Part shown: one piece after another, positions 13,332 through 24,963 of the stretch
Layout of the letters: every line of letters begins with the position of its first letter
Numbering within the stretch: the stretch's first letter is position 1
Assembly: GCF_044704955.1 (NCBI RefSeq)
Contig: NC_091988.1
Span: 43,896,001 to 43,960,000, forward strand
Origin: Pristiophorus japonicus
Lineage: Eukaryota
Length of the DNA stretch: 64,000 nucleotides
Direction of reading: 5' to 3'
Notes under the pieces: generated by a model
The model's database searches: none
The model's input: the letters and a program-made list of their open reading frames with translations, nothing else
Told to the model about the DNA's origin: nothing
Position numbers and translations under genes: made by a program

Positions 13332-13506
13332 GGCCCAGAACTGTGTCTTGGGCAGTGGTGCTAAACTGGCAGTATCAGGTCAGCCGCCATTTACACAGCG
13401 CCTGATATTTGATACCATTAGAACTGAATATCCAGCGCTGTGTATAACGGGCGGTTGATCCGATACTGCCCACTTTGCACAACTGCCCGAGACGAACTTC
13501 TAGACC
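13332..13506. mobile_element. Foldback (palindromic) MITE with Harbinger-like ends
   Basis: Two arms of about 80 bp are imperfect reverse complements (ggcccagaac..gggcagt..gcagtatc..tacacagcgc versus gcgctgtgta..gatactgc..actgccc..ttctagacc), flanked by CTA/CTG. Confidence 0.8.
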
Positions 13507-14024
13507 CTGGATTTTTAAGTATTTGGTTCATGTCAGAAATGTTAAGCTGATGTTTGTGAATTATCTTTTTGGAACTGAGATTAACTTTTGTATCTTTGAA
13601 TTTAAGTTCAACTATAAAAAGCTGAAACCGAACAGGAACAATGTGAACGGTAACATTAGTCATTTGACAAGACAGACAGAAATGTGTAAGACACCTCTGC
13701 AGTATTGGTCTAATTCCAAAGTCAGCACAACGTTGCCTTAATCACTGCATTCATTCTGTTCCCTATAATCATGCCTGCTGAAAGGGATCATTTTAATCAG
13801 AATATGCGAGCTGTTTTAGGACTGGGCATTACAAGCGTTAAAATGATAAACTATGTCTTTGTGCATTGAACATCCACTCGCAAATTCTAGAGTTAACAAT
13901 TGTTGTCATCGGTAAGGAGAAATGAACAGTGAATTCTGAGCACAGAGCATTAAAGCTGTACAGTAGGTATGGTAGATGTAATTAAGAGAGCTGCTTCCCA
14001 CACACCTACTTGTAATATTTGTTT

Positions 14025-14160
14025 TAGGTAAATGGATTATGGAGCTAAAGCGGGTAAAAGGAGTTGTGTTGCAGAGCAGCTATGATCTAATTGAATGGTG
14101 GAGCATTCAATGGTGGAGCTCGAGGGCTGAAAGATCTATTCCTGTTCGAATGTTCCTATT
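14025..14160 (+). mobile_element. Short CR1 3' UTR remnant
   Basis: 'atgatctaattgaatggtggagca...ctcgagggctgaa..ctattcctgttc'. Confidence 0.65.
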
Positions 14161-14494
14161 TTTTTTTTAAATGACCATCAGGTTGCACATATGCATTGTT
14201 TATGATTGAAATGTTATCAACTTCTCTCTACTGGCCAACATTTTTTGTTGGTCTGTGCATCAGCACTTTCTCTCCATTAAGTTCAAAGTAAACTAAATTA
14301 TTAACAGGGGGAATATATTTGATAATGACTGCAGTAAGCACAATTCTATAATGAGTTTTGGCTTAGTGATGAGAGGTGGAAAGTCCAATGGGAAATTCAT
14401 CTGACACAATCTGGGCTATTCGGGTGAAGTAATTACCTCAGTAGGTTCAATTTTTAAAGACAAATGATTAGCTTACTGTATTTTTATTATTTAT

Positions 14495-14862
14495 TATTCA
14501 TTCATGGGACGTGGGCATCACAGACAAGGCCAGCATTTATTGTCCATCCCTAATTGCCCTTGAGAAAGTGGTGGTGAGCCGCCTTCTTGAACCGCTGCAT
14601 TCCGTGAGATGTAGGTACCTCCACAGTGCTGTTAGGGAGGGTGTTAGAGGATTATGACCCAGTGTCGATGAAGGAACAGCGATATACTTCCAAGTCAGGA
14701 TGGGGTGTGACTTGGAGGGGAACTTGCAGGAGGTGGTGTTGCCATGCGCCTGTTGCCCTTGTCCTTCTAGGTGGCAGAGGTCGCTGGTTTGGGAGGTGCA
14801 GTCGAAAAAACCTTGGCGAGCTACTGCAGTGCATCTTGTAGATGGTACACACTGCAGCCACG
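14495..14862 (-). mobile_element. CR1-group LINE 3' fragment (a different family from the common CR1)
   Basis: The minus-strand ORF 'VAAVCTIYKMHCSSSPR..' resembles a LINE ORF2 C-terminus; (TTA)n tail at the left end. Confidence 0.7.
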
Positions 14863-14898
14863 TGCTTTTTGTAAGTACTTTTATACATATGTGTCCAT

Positions 14899-17803
14899 GG
14901 GCTAGATTTCACACTTTTGTGCAGATCGCCCCAAAATGGGCGGTATTTACGGTGTGGGCGGTAACAATGGGTTTTCAGATCGCCGGCATGTTGCCCATTC
15001 TCAAAGCCCCTAGTCTCATTTTAAAAATTGGGCGTTACCATGAGCGATCTGAAATGGGCGTTAGCATTAAATCTCTGACCTTCTGTCGTAAAGTGTCGCC
15101 GTCCTTAGCAACGGCATGGCAATGCTCGTTTCCCATGATTCAGGAGGTCAGGGGTCATCATTATATGCGCAGAAGAGGAGACAGAGAGAGAGGGAACAGA
15201 GAGGGACTGAAAGCATGTGTGGGTGTGGTGTGTGCTTGTTTTGTTGCTGTGGGAAGCACGAGGGAAATTCACCAGCAGCAAAAAGCCTACTAAGCACCCA
15301 GGACATAGTTGGCACCAAGCCTTTGTCCAACAAATAATATATAATATGGAAGGGATGGAGGAGGCCCTGGAGCTAGTAGCCAGCAACACTGGTGGCAGAG
15401 GGCTCCCACTGGTCCCGGAGCACGGCACTGCACCCCAAGGTGCCGCACCCCCATTGCCAACCACACGAGAGCCAGGAGCAACATCTTGCTTCTGGCTCGG
15501 AGCACATTCCCATCTCAGGACCGTCCTCTCCCGTATCCGTCCAAGCAGCGGTTCGGCTATCATCCCCGCCCCCCCCCCACACCCCCGGCCCCCCCCAATG
15601 AAGCAGTGCCGGAGGAATTCCTCGGCCGGGCGGCTTGGAGTCAGGAGGGGAAGGGGTAGAGGTGGGGTGGAGAAGCGGGGGGGAAAGATTGGTTTTTACA
15701 GATACACTTATGATTTCAGACAAATGTTCGCTTTAAATGTTTTTTATTTAACAAAACCTTGTTGCGCATTGGCTCAGATAGCTGCACTGGTGATTCCTTA
15801 ACATCAAAGGGTATAATTACACTTACCTTCAATCAACTTAAACTTTAACTGTCACCAAGGTGATGCCCACCATTGATGTATGACCTGTAAACCCAGCAGT
15901 GTGTCAGCCTTGTAAATACCACCAACGTTCTTTCAGGCAAAGTGCTTATTTATGAGCTCTGACGTAAAAGTCTTGCAGCTATCATGCCACCATGGCTCTT
16001 TCATGCGATCTACAGGGGGGCGGGTGGCATGGCTTCAGCATCAGCCTGATTGCCTGAGCCGATGGCAGCATCCACCTCCTCGTCCTCCTCTTCCTCTCTC
16101 TGGTGAGGTGGACTGTCAGACCCTTCTGGTAATTCTTGTTCCCTCCTGACAGCCAAGTTGTGCAGCATGGAGCACACCACCACGAATTGAGCTACGTGTT
16201 CAGGGTGGTATTGGAGCTCGCCTCCTGAGTGGTCCAGGCATCTATAGTGCTGCTTAAGCACTCCAATAGTTTTCTCCATGATATTGCGAGTGGCTCTGTG
16301 GCTCTCGTTGTATCACTTCGCGGCTTCGGTGTGGGTATCACGCAAGGGGGTCATCAGCCAGGTGGCGAGGCCATATCCTTTGTCACCAAGCAGCCAGCAT
16401 TGACCTTGTGGCTGATTGATAAACAAGTCAGATGCAGTGCTCTCACGCAGGATGTGAGCATCAAGGATGCTGCCCGGAAATTTAGCATTCACTGCCATAA
16501 TAATATGCTGGTGGTCGACAATGAGTTGCACATTCAGGGAGTGGGATCCCTTGCGGTTCCTGAAAACCTCTGCATCCTGAAATGGTGCCCGCATCGCGAT
16601 GTGCGTACAGTCTATTGCTCCCTGCACCTTGGGGAAGTTTGCAATTCGGTAAAATCCTAGAGCCCTCTCAGTCTGAGCCTCCCTGGTCATAGGGAAGCTG
16701 ATAAAGTCCATCCTGCATGCGTACAGGGCTTCAGTTATCTGTCTAATGCAGCAATGTGTGGCATGCTGAGACATACCGCAAATGTCACCATCTGAGGCCT
16801 GAAAAGAATCCGACGCGTAGAACGACAGTGCCGCGGTGACTTTAACCTCGACGGACAGTGCGGTCCTGATCGTGCTGGCAGGCTGCAGATCTCCCTTTAT
16901 GAGCTGGCATACCTCAGTGATAACCTCTTTATGGAAGCGCAGTCTCCGAAGGCAGGTGGTGTCGGGCAGGTTGAGGTAAGACCGCTTCTTCCTATATTTG
17001 CAGGGGGTATAACATCTGGTCCTCCTCTTCAGTCTAGCATGTCTTACATTGTGCACATGATGCTGTGGAGCATACCTTCTGCCATCTCGAGTCTGCAGCA
17101 TGTAATTGGTCATCAAGAGAGGGTGAGAAAGGACAGGCCCCATTCCAATAGCTATCTGTTTTCCACCGATTGGTCAAAAAGAATACATGTCCCAATGAAG
17201 ACAACTCTTAAATTCCATTCGTCCACAGTATGATAAAGATGTTTGTTCAGATGTTCACATCACCTCCAAGTATATCCAAACTCCCCAGAGGTTGAAGCAG
17301 AGTTGCCTTTTAAATGATGCAAAATGTGATTTAGAACATGGCATCCATACCGCTGTGATTAGTTCTGCTTAGTTCCACTTTTTCCCGGCGTTTTTTTGGG
17401 CGAGCGATATTGTGGGCGAAATGTATGTGAGGTGGTGAAAGTGACGCTGGGCGATCTCCTGGACGTTAGTTTCGGCAAATGTGATCTTTACGACAAAATA
17501 AAGTGGGTGGGTGGTATTATTGAATCTCGGCGTTAATTCCGTGCGGAAGGTAACACTGGGCGATATTATGGGTGTTAGTTTCACCCATTCTGATGATTCC
17601 ACCCAAAAAAAGTGGGCAGGCGGTATTATTTTTTCCCGGCGTTATGCACATGGGGAAAGTAACGCTCGGTGATAAGTGTCCGAAAAATGGGCGTCAGTTT
17701 CCATTTTGTGACTAAATGGGCGATATCTGGGCGGTATACTTCATTTCAGCGGTAAAATGGATGTTAAATGGACGTTATGCAAAAAAAGTTTAAAATCTAG
17801 CCC
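14899..17803 (-). mobile_element. Harbinger transposon with the transposase retained and the Myb gene mostly deleted
   Basis: TIRs GGGCTAGATTT...AAATCTAGCCC with an exact CAT TSD (14896-14898 and 17804-17806). Confidence 0.93.
15933..17143 (-). pseudogene. HARBI1-type DDE transposase with an in-frame nonsense codon at 16313-16315 and a frameshifted tail
   Basis: Motifs CLRRLRF, GAIDCTHI, NRKGSHSLNVQ, GDKGY, EKTIGVLK and CSMLHNLA. ORFs 16313-17143 and 16010-16279 are in the same frame. Confidence 0.93.
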
Positions 17804-18994
17804 CATATGTTTTCTGGGATTCAAAATAATTGGTTTAATTTCCTCCTTCAAGTTCCACTTTGTAAATTGTATAATAAAATCAATTAAAAATTCAGTTTAT
17901 TTCTTATTTATATCTAGCAATCGTTCTTGAAATACAACTTAATGCTTGGGTGTTTTACAACAGTTTATTTTAAATACTATACATATCTGACAATGGATTT
18001 TGAGTGTTATTATTTAACAGCCTCAAGATAATTTAACGATGTTAATAGAGTTTCAAGCTTTACATAAAATCCAATGTTTTCCCTGTCTTTTCCCTCAGGT
18101 TAGCCACCTGTACCAGTGCTTATGTCCTTGGTCAGGAGTTGCTGATGCCATTCCTTAGTTGACCCATCAGGAGGTGTCCATAAAGGATGTAGCAAGTGAT
18201 CCCACCCTGGCAATCTTTCCTTCCCTCCTTCCCCAATTGATGTGGCGGAGACTATAACCTTACATAGAATCATCGAACAGTACAGCACAGATGGAGACCA
18301 TTCATCCCATTGTGTCTGCAATGTTTTATCTGTGTTTTTTAAACAATTATTTTTCATCAAAGGAAACTGGGATAGATTTTCAACTTATCACCAGGTGTAG
18401 AAGTGGGGTTGCAGATCCCCCCTTTGCCCACCCCCTTATAGAAACTGATGGATTTTTATTTGCATTCAAATCAATGGAAAGAAAATTTGATGATTTCTGT
18501 AACAGGCCGATCTGTAATGCATTTTTATGAGCAGTTGAAAATCTATCACACTGTGACCAGACTAACATTCCTGCAACAGCTGAGAGTGTAGTGCTCTATT
18601 GCTGTAGATACTGGGCCACCTTAATCCTGATCGCCAAACGGGGCATCTTTATCAGCCTGCGTACAGCATACCAACAATTTCAATGTGCTGATGCAACATT
18701 GTTCACCAATTTTCTACAACTCACCTCTTTTTCTAAAGGCATTTGCTGGGTTACAGTTCACCAGGCACAGGCACATTCCAATATCACCCCCAAATGCCCA
18801 GTGGCAATCGGGGGGAAATGTTCTTGCTACATTTATGAAATCACACACAATTGCCAGAAGAAATCTTCCCACACATTACTTATCTATCATTCCCTTTTTA
18901 TGTTTTTCTTTGCTAGCAGGGTTGTCATGGTAGCCACAGATAGATGACTGCGATCAAATCATGTGACCTGAACACACAAGTAGCAGATATTTCA

Positions 18995-20125
18995 ACAACA
19001 AAAGTTTCATTTATATAGCGTCTTTAATGTAGAACAACGTCCCAAGGTGCTTCACAGAAGCGTAACCAGAAATAAATGGACATCAAACCAAAGAAAGAGA
19101 TTTTAGGTGGGGTGTTGAAGGGTGTGACCAAAAGCTTGGTCAAAGAGGTGGGTTTTAAGGAAGGTCGTAAAGAAGGAAAAGAAGGTGGAGAGACAGGGGT
19201 TTAGAGAAAGATAAACCATCAGCGGCAGGTTGGGGCCATAAAAGAAGTGGCCTCGGGAGCAACGGCAGTGAAGAGTGACATCAGCAAGGTCCAGGTCAGT
19301 GATTGGAGCGCGGGTAGATACAGCAGGAGCGGCGATATCGGGGCGAAGGAACTGTGAGAGACTGTGGAGGGATGTGATCGGGGTCCAGAGGAGGCATGAG
19401 TTCATGGCCCAGGGGCAGCACAGGCCAGCCCACACTGCGATATGTGTGCGCACTAGGTCCGTGCAACAGAGCAGGTCTCCAGTTGTCTTGTGTAGTCCTT
19501 GTCACTGGACCAAGACCTAGCTCTGTCAAGCCCGTGAGGTGGCTGGTGTGCAACGGCCACCACACATTAAAAAAAATCCACGCACAGGCATCTTCCACCC
19601 TTGAGGATATAGTTCAGGTTCTTCATTTGAAACACCTGTGAACTCATCCTTTTTTTTGGCGTGGAAGCAAGTCATCCTCGTTTCGAGGGACTGCCTATGA
19701 TGATGATGATGATGAGGGAGGGTATTCTGGAGCATGGCACCTAGATGGCTGAAGGCACCGCCGTCAATGGTGGTACAAAAAGAGGACAAATGCACAAAAG
19801 GCCAGAGACGGAGGAGGCTTTATCAGGGTTGTAGGGCTGGAGGAGGTTAAAAGAAAAGGAGGGGTGAGGTCAAGGATGAGAGTTCTAAATTGGAGGCATT
19901 GGGAACATTGAGCCAATGTAGATCAGCGAGTACAGGGGTGATAGGTGAGCAGGACCTGTTGCGGTTTAAGATTCAGGCAGCAGAGTTTTGGAAGAGATTA
20001 AGTTTATGGTGGGGGTAGACGGCCAGGCGAGCATTAGAATAATTGAGACTGAAGGTGAAGAAGGAACGGATGAGGGTTACAACAGCAGATGGACTGAGGC
20101 AGGCACAGAAGTGGGTGATGTTACA
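18995..20125 (-). mobile_element. L2-type LINE 3' fragment interrupted by an RTE-tailed element
   Basis: Tail 'catttatatagcgtctttaatgtag'; the sequence resumes after 19715 as 'gggagggtattctggagc'. Confidence 0.75.
19217..19715 (+). mobile_element. Non-autonomous retroposon (SINE-like) with an RTE-derived 3' tail
   Basis: The 3' end gtggaagcaagtcatcctcgtttcgagggactgcctat(gat)n matches the RTE ends at about 7820-7868 and about 35250-35295; there is no coding similarity upstream. Confidence 0.75.
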
Positions 20126-20137
20126 AAGGTAAAGAAA

Positions 20138-20510
20138 AAAGAAAGACTTATATGGTGCCTTTCATGATCATCGGCTGTCTCAAAGCGCTTCATAGCCAAT
20201 GAAGTACTTTTGGAGTGTAGTCACTGTTGTAATGTAGGAAACGCAGCAGCCAATTTGCGCACAGCAAGCTCCCACAAACAGCAATGTGGTAATGACCAGA
20301 TAATCTGTTTTTTGTTATGTTGATTGAGAGATAATTATTGCCAGGACACCAGGGATAACTAGCCTGCTCTTCTTCAAAATAATGCCATGAGATCTTTTAC
20401 GTCCACTTGAGAGAGCAGACGAGACCTCGGTTTATAATGGACAGGTTAGAAGCAGGAACATACAACCTTCAGACTCAGAGGTGAGAATGTTACCCACTGA
20501 GCCACAGCTG
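20138..20510 (-). mobile_element. Deu-domain tRNA-SINE
   Basis: Reverse complement of the 4258-4612 body; tRNA-like head remnant at about 20455-20510. Confidence 0.85.
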
Positions 20511-21400
20511 GAAGTAACCACTCTTTATGATGGAGAAGGAGTTTGTGGCGATGGTCAGATTTCCCCGCAACAGCAAGATTGCCGACATACACCATAAAAC
20601 TCGTGGTCCAGTGAGCTGATCTTGCCATTGCTAACTTGCTACAAATATTGCTGATTTTCTAATGAGACTACATTGCAGCAAGCATAGCGACGAATCAGGC
20701 AATCTAAGAGCTGAAGTGTCGGCACATTCACCATCAGGTGGCAAGGCAAGGTATCCGCGAATGGAAGTGTAACTTCTCAAATCAACTTGAATCTACAATT
20801 ATTTTCAGCTGTCATGTCCCTTTTTGAGTTGGGAGATTTTTGTCAGTTTCACTGCTGTATGCGATCTATGACTATAGGCCACTCCAAATCACTGCATTAG
20901 AAATTATTAATAATTTAGAAATAAAATAATTATTGACTTTTATTTTAGTGCATTATGAGGCCATAAAATGAGCTAAGCAAGCTAACCTTGAACTTTCAAC
21001 TTATTGAATATTTCTGGTTTTGAATGAAACTGAAGATCACAAATCTTTGTGGAAAGTGAAAATGTATCGTGACATGCTGGCTTTCCTCTGAGGAGATGGG
21101 CTTGAAATGTTTTTGAGGTATTTGATGTCCATCTACTCATAATTGATGTGATGGTTAATAAAGAAATTAGAAAAGATATGTTTGTTGTATTAGTGGCTTT
21201 CGCGAGGTTGGAGCACTGGGGCCATTTAAATTCAGAAAAGAATCTCACAAATTGAATGTTCTTCAGATATAATGGTATTAAAATAGAAAATGGACCCTCA
21301 GATTCTGGTTGCTTAATCTTTGCCAAGGTAGTACATTTTTAACGACTGGAACTTTAAACCCAATCTTGAAGCAAGAAATCACGCTGCAACGAGCCTTATG

Positions 21401-22375
21401 TGTCAACCTTGGCTGAGTGGTAGCACTCTTACCAAAGAGTCAGTGTGGGTATAAATCCCACTTGAGGAGTTGAGCACATAATCTAGGTTGATTAGTGCAG
21501 TACGAAGGGAGTGCTGCAATGTTGGATATACTGCCTTACGGATGAGACATTAAACCGAGGCCCCCGTCTGCCCTCTCAGGTGTGTGTACAAGATTCTAAG
21601 GGCCCGAATTTGGTGGAAGTTAAGTTTCGCCCAAGTGCCGCCCAAAGGACCGCCGAGATACCTGGCGGTACTTTAGGAGGCAGTTTCGTTGAAAAGTCCT
21701 GCAATGACCGGCCAGCGGCAAAAAAACAACTTATGCCATGATTCTGAGCGGCAGCGTGCGGGAGTCCCAATCTCGGCGGCAAATGCAATCCTCGGCAAAG
21801 TACCACCAAGGATTGAGTCGGGCCCAGGGAGTGGGGGGAGAAACATAAAATTAAAAATTTACATGAAAAAAATACACTGGAAAGCCTTTAGGGGACCCCA
21901 TCCACCTGAATCGCTGTAAAAAAAATAAAAGAAGTTTACTATCCTTTTTTTGCAGGTCTTCATTCTTACCGTTGAGTTTAGACATGGCTCCACGTGGCGG
22001 TCCTTCCCCCTGCTGGCACCGACTCCCGCCCGGAGCAAACTGGCAGCTCGGTTGGCGAGAGGACACTTGCGCGCATTGCGCACTAGGGGACATCAGCGGG
22101 TGGTTCCCAGCGCTCCTCCCTCCCCGCCAGCAGGAGGCCTCCACCAAACTGGCACCGAGGGGAGACTGCCCAGAAAACTCGGCGGCAGTGGGCAGTGAGT
22201 CCACCAAGTTCGGGGCCTGTGGCACCAATAGAAGAAAAGCAGGGGAATTCTTTCAGTGCCCTTGCCAATATTTATCCCTCAGCCAATATCAAACACATCT
22301 CACTGCTGTTTGTGAAGCCATGCTACGTGTCCTGAGCTCATGAAAGGTATTATATAAATGCAAGTTTTTTTCCTT
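21401..22375 (+). mobile_element. Deu-domain tRNA-SINE interrupted by a MITE
   Basis: tRNA-like head (tggctgagtggtagc..), Deu core up to 21599, resuming at 22218 (tggcacc..gaagaaaagcagggg..gccaatattt). Confidence 0.8.
21600..22217. mobile_element. Harbinger MITE, family A
   Basis: TIRs GGGCCCGAATTTGG / CCAAGTTCGGGGCC; colinear similarity to 59382-60024. Confidence 0.85.
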
Positions 22376-23019
22376 CTTTGCCAGGCCACTTAGACCCTTA
22401 TTTTTAAATCTAAGTGGCTTCATTGCAGAAAAATCACGATCGCCAATGATTTTCATGGAACGGGGCTATGATAATTACCGTCAAACCGTTTTTAGCAGAG
22501 CTGCACAAAAATTCCAGAAAAAGATGGAGCTCCATAATTAATGGCGTAAGTCACTCCATAATGTCCTTTTTCTTTTGCGCTATTTATAGCCCCCAGGAAA
22601 ACAATCGTACAAGTCCACAGGAAATTCTGTGCCATTGGCTTCACTCTTCCTCATGTATGACTCTGAAATGTTTGAGAAAGGCTGTACTCAACATTCATTA
22701 TTACTGTAGTAAGCAAGTCAGAAAATGTTAGAAAACCCAGCCATTCCGAATTCACAATGAAAATACTTTATTGGCTGTGAAGCGCTTTGGGATGTCTTGA
22801 GGTTGTGAAAGGTGCTATATAAAGGCAAGCTCTTTCTTTTGTTTGATATGTATGTTAACGAAATGCTCCCAAAATCTGTCTTGCTTCCATCTCATGAAGA
22901 CTTATATATTAAGAAATGTGATTTATATGATTTTCTGCACAAATACAGTTGTAATGTATGCACCTGTGAGTATGCTCACAGGTTTGTAGAGCTGTTGACT
23001 CGGGTGCTGGTGCCTCACA

Positions 23020-23810
23020 ACTTGAGCCTCCTCTGGGAAATCCCCTCCGTGCCTTTCAGTTTTACGCAGAGGGGATTTCTGTACGGGCTGCTCATACACA
23101 CTCTCCACTTTGCCATCCTTCTCTGCCATCCAGACACACCATGGTGCACCATTTTGCCATCCGGAGGAGGCAGGGGTCCCCAATGGAGTGCTCTCTACGT
23201 GGTAGAACTCCCTTTATTTATTGGGGACTTGGCCTGGAGGGTGTTGTACGGGGCAGTCCTGTGCAATAGGTTTTTAAGTAGATTCACGGACTCCCAGGCC
23301 GCCTGGATTTTTTTCTGCAGTCTAGAAGAGTCCGTGTTCCATGTCTATGTTGAATGTGTGAGGTTGAAGCCCCTGTTCCATTATTTAAAGGGGCTGCTCC
23401 TTAAATTTTGGCTGCAATTCAGACCCATGCTCCTGATCTTTGGACATCCTGTGCGGAGAGGAGTGAGCAGGTCGGAAGGCCTCCTCGTAGGAATGCTTCT
23501 GAGCCTGGCCAAGGTGGCCATTAACCAGTCCAGGCAGCGGGCGGTCGAGGGGGTCATTCAGCCTGACTGCCTGCCTCTCTTCCACGGTTATGTTTGCGCC
23601 AGGGTGTCCCTGGAGATGGAGCACACGGTGTCCACCGGTATGCTCGTGGCCTTCCATGAGAGGTGAGCACAGGAGGGACTGGAGTGCATCATCACCTCCG
23701 GCAACCAAATTTTAATTTGACCGATTATTGTTTTAAAAGTTTTATTGGTTAATTTGTCGGTTCTAGTGCCCCTTTTTAAAGGGGACACTTGATTTATTGT
23801 TTTACACCAA
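23020..23810 (+). mobile_element. Tx1/L1-type LINE 3' fragment (C-terminal zinc-binding region)
   Basis: 'DTPW...W.ALY...GDLAWRVLYGAV..N.F....C..EESVFHVY.EC.RL' within ORF 22812-23666. The ORF N-terminus is non-TE read-through. Confidence 0.8.
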
Positions 23811-23816
23811 AATAGT

Positions 23817-24056
23817 TGTAGAGCTTTTGAAATGGGAGTGGCTTAGCCAGTCACGTGATGTTCACAAGACTCAATAAAACCCCAGCCAGTTGGGTTCAGG
23901 GGATCCATGATGAGGCAGGTGGTTGTGAGCCTGGTGGATAAATTGATAATGTGTAGTGTGATTGTTAAACATTTTGCTAATAAACCAATTAGTTCTTAAT
24001 AGCAATGTGTTGCTATGAATTCTTAAGCAAAGAACCCATGAAGCAAATACATTACA
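23817..24056 (+). mobile_element. Solo LTR (240 bp)
   Basis: TGTA...TACA termini, near-perfect 5-bp TSD ATAGT/ACAGT, internal AATAAA. Confidence 0.75.
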
Positions 24057-24560
24057 ACAGTTAATTAATTTGACAAAAGTGTGAGAATGAGATTGCAACA
24101 GAAGAAAGTAATGTATTTCTTTACAGCAGATTAGATGAATCATCAATCCTAATGACCTTTGTAGGACTTGAAAAGAAACATAGAGTACATTACACTGCAG
24201 AACATTCTGGACACACAAAAAAACAAACTAATTTTCCCCAGTTATCTGCGCTGTTTTTTTTGTGTAAATTAACATCTCCCAGTTTTCCCAAAGTTTCTGC
24301 AGCGTAACTCAGTTAAGTATGATTTGTTTTTCACATTTAAGCAAGTTTGGCCAACTTACATTTTTCCGAGGATGGCGTATGTGACCACTCCCAAAATACC
24401 CTCTGGGCACTTCCTGTTCTAAGCAAGCCTATTGTGCATGCACATCGAGGGTGTGGTTCATACTAGGGCGTCGACCTTGGGGAGAGAGAGAGAGAGAGCA
24501 AAGAAGGTTTGAGTGCTTTGTCCTGCTGTTTTGAGCATCTTGCAAAGCTACAATTTAATT

Positions 24561-24963
24561 ATGGGGGCAATATTGACAACACCATATCTCATGCAAGGCT
24601 TCTGCATGATTGGGCTGCAGAGCAGAAGATTGATTGGACATCATCGCGTGAGGAACCTCAGAGCACGTAGCATGATGGGCAGGAGGCCTTACCCACATTG
24701 GGTATATCAAGACATGCATTCATACCTGCACCTGAGTGATGCAGACTGTGTGAGAAGGCTGCGTTTCCGCAAAGAACTTGTAACCGAGATTTATGAGATA
24801 ATAAAAGCAGACCTGCACCCTAAAAGCATCAGGAGGACGGCTTTGTCAATTGAAGTAAAGGTTACAGCTGCACTTTCCTTTTATGCTTCTGGATCTGGGG
24901 ATGTGTGCGCCATTTCTCAACATGCAACACATATCTGCATTCGGCAGATGACTGCTGCACTAT
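24561..24963 (+). pseudogene. Harbinger transposase N-terminal half
   Basis: 'RRPYPH..SYLHLSDADCVRRLRFRKE...KVTAALSFYASGS...IRQMTAALY', then an abrupt switch to CR1 sequence. Confidence 0.9.

Noticed and set aside
18070-18260. Possible host coding exon after 'ttttccctcag'
   Set aside because: All three plus-strand frames stop early, no clear donor follows, and no protein similarity is recognisable.
21401-21470. tRNA gene
   Set aside because: It is a degenerate tRNA-derived head continuous with a SINE body, and I could not build a cloverleaf.
22812-23666. 284-aa ORF as a host gene
   Set aside because: The C-terminal part is a Tx1/L1 ORF2 end and the N-terminus is read-through from a SINE tail and AT-rich sequence.
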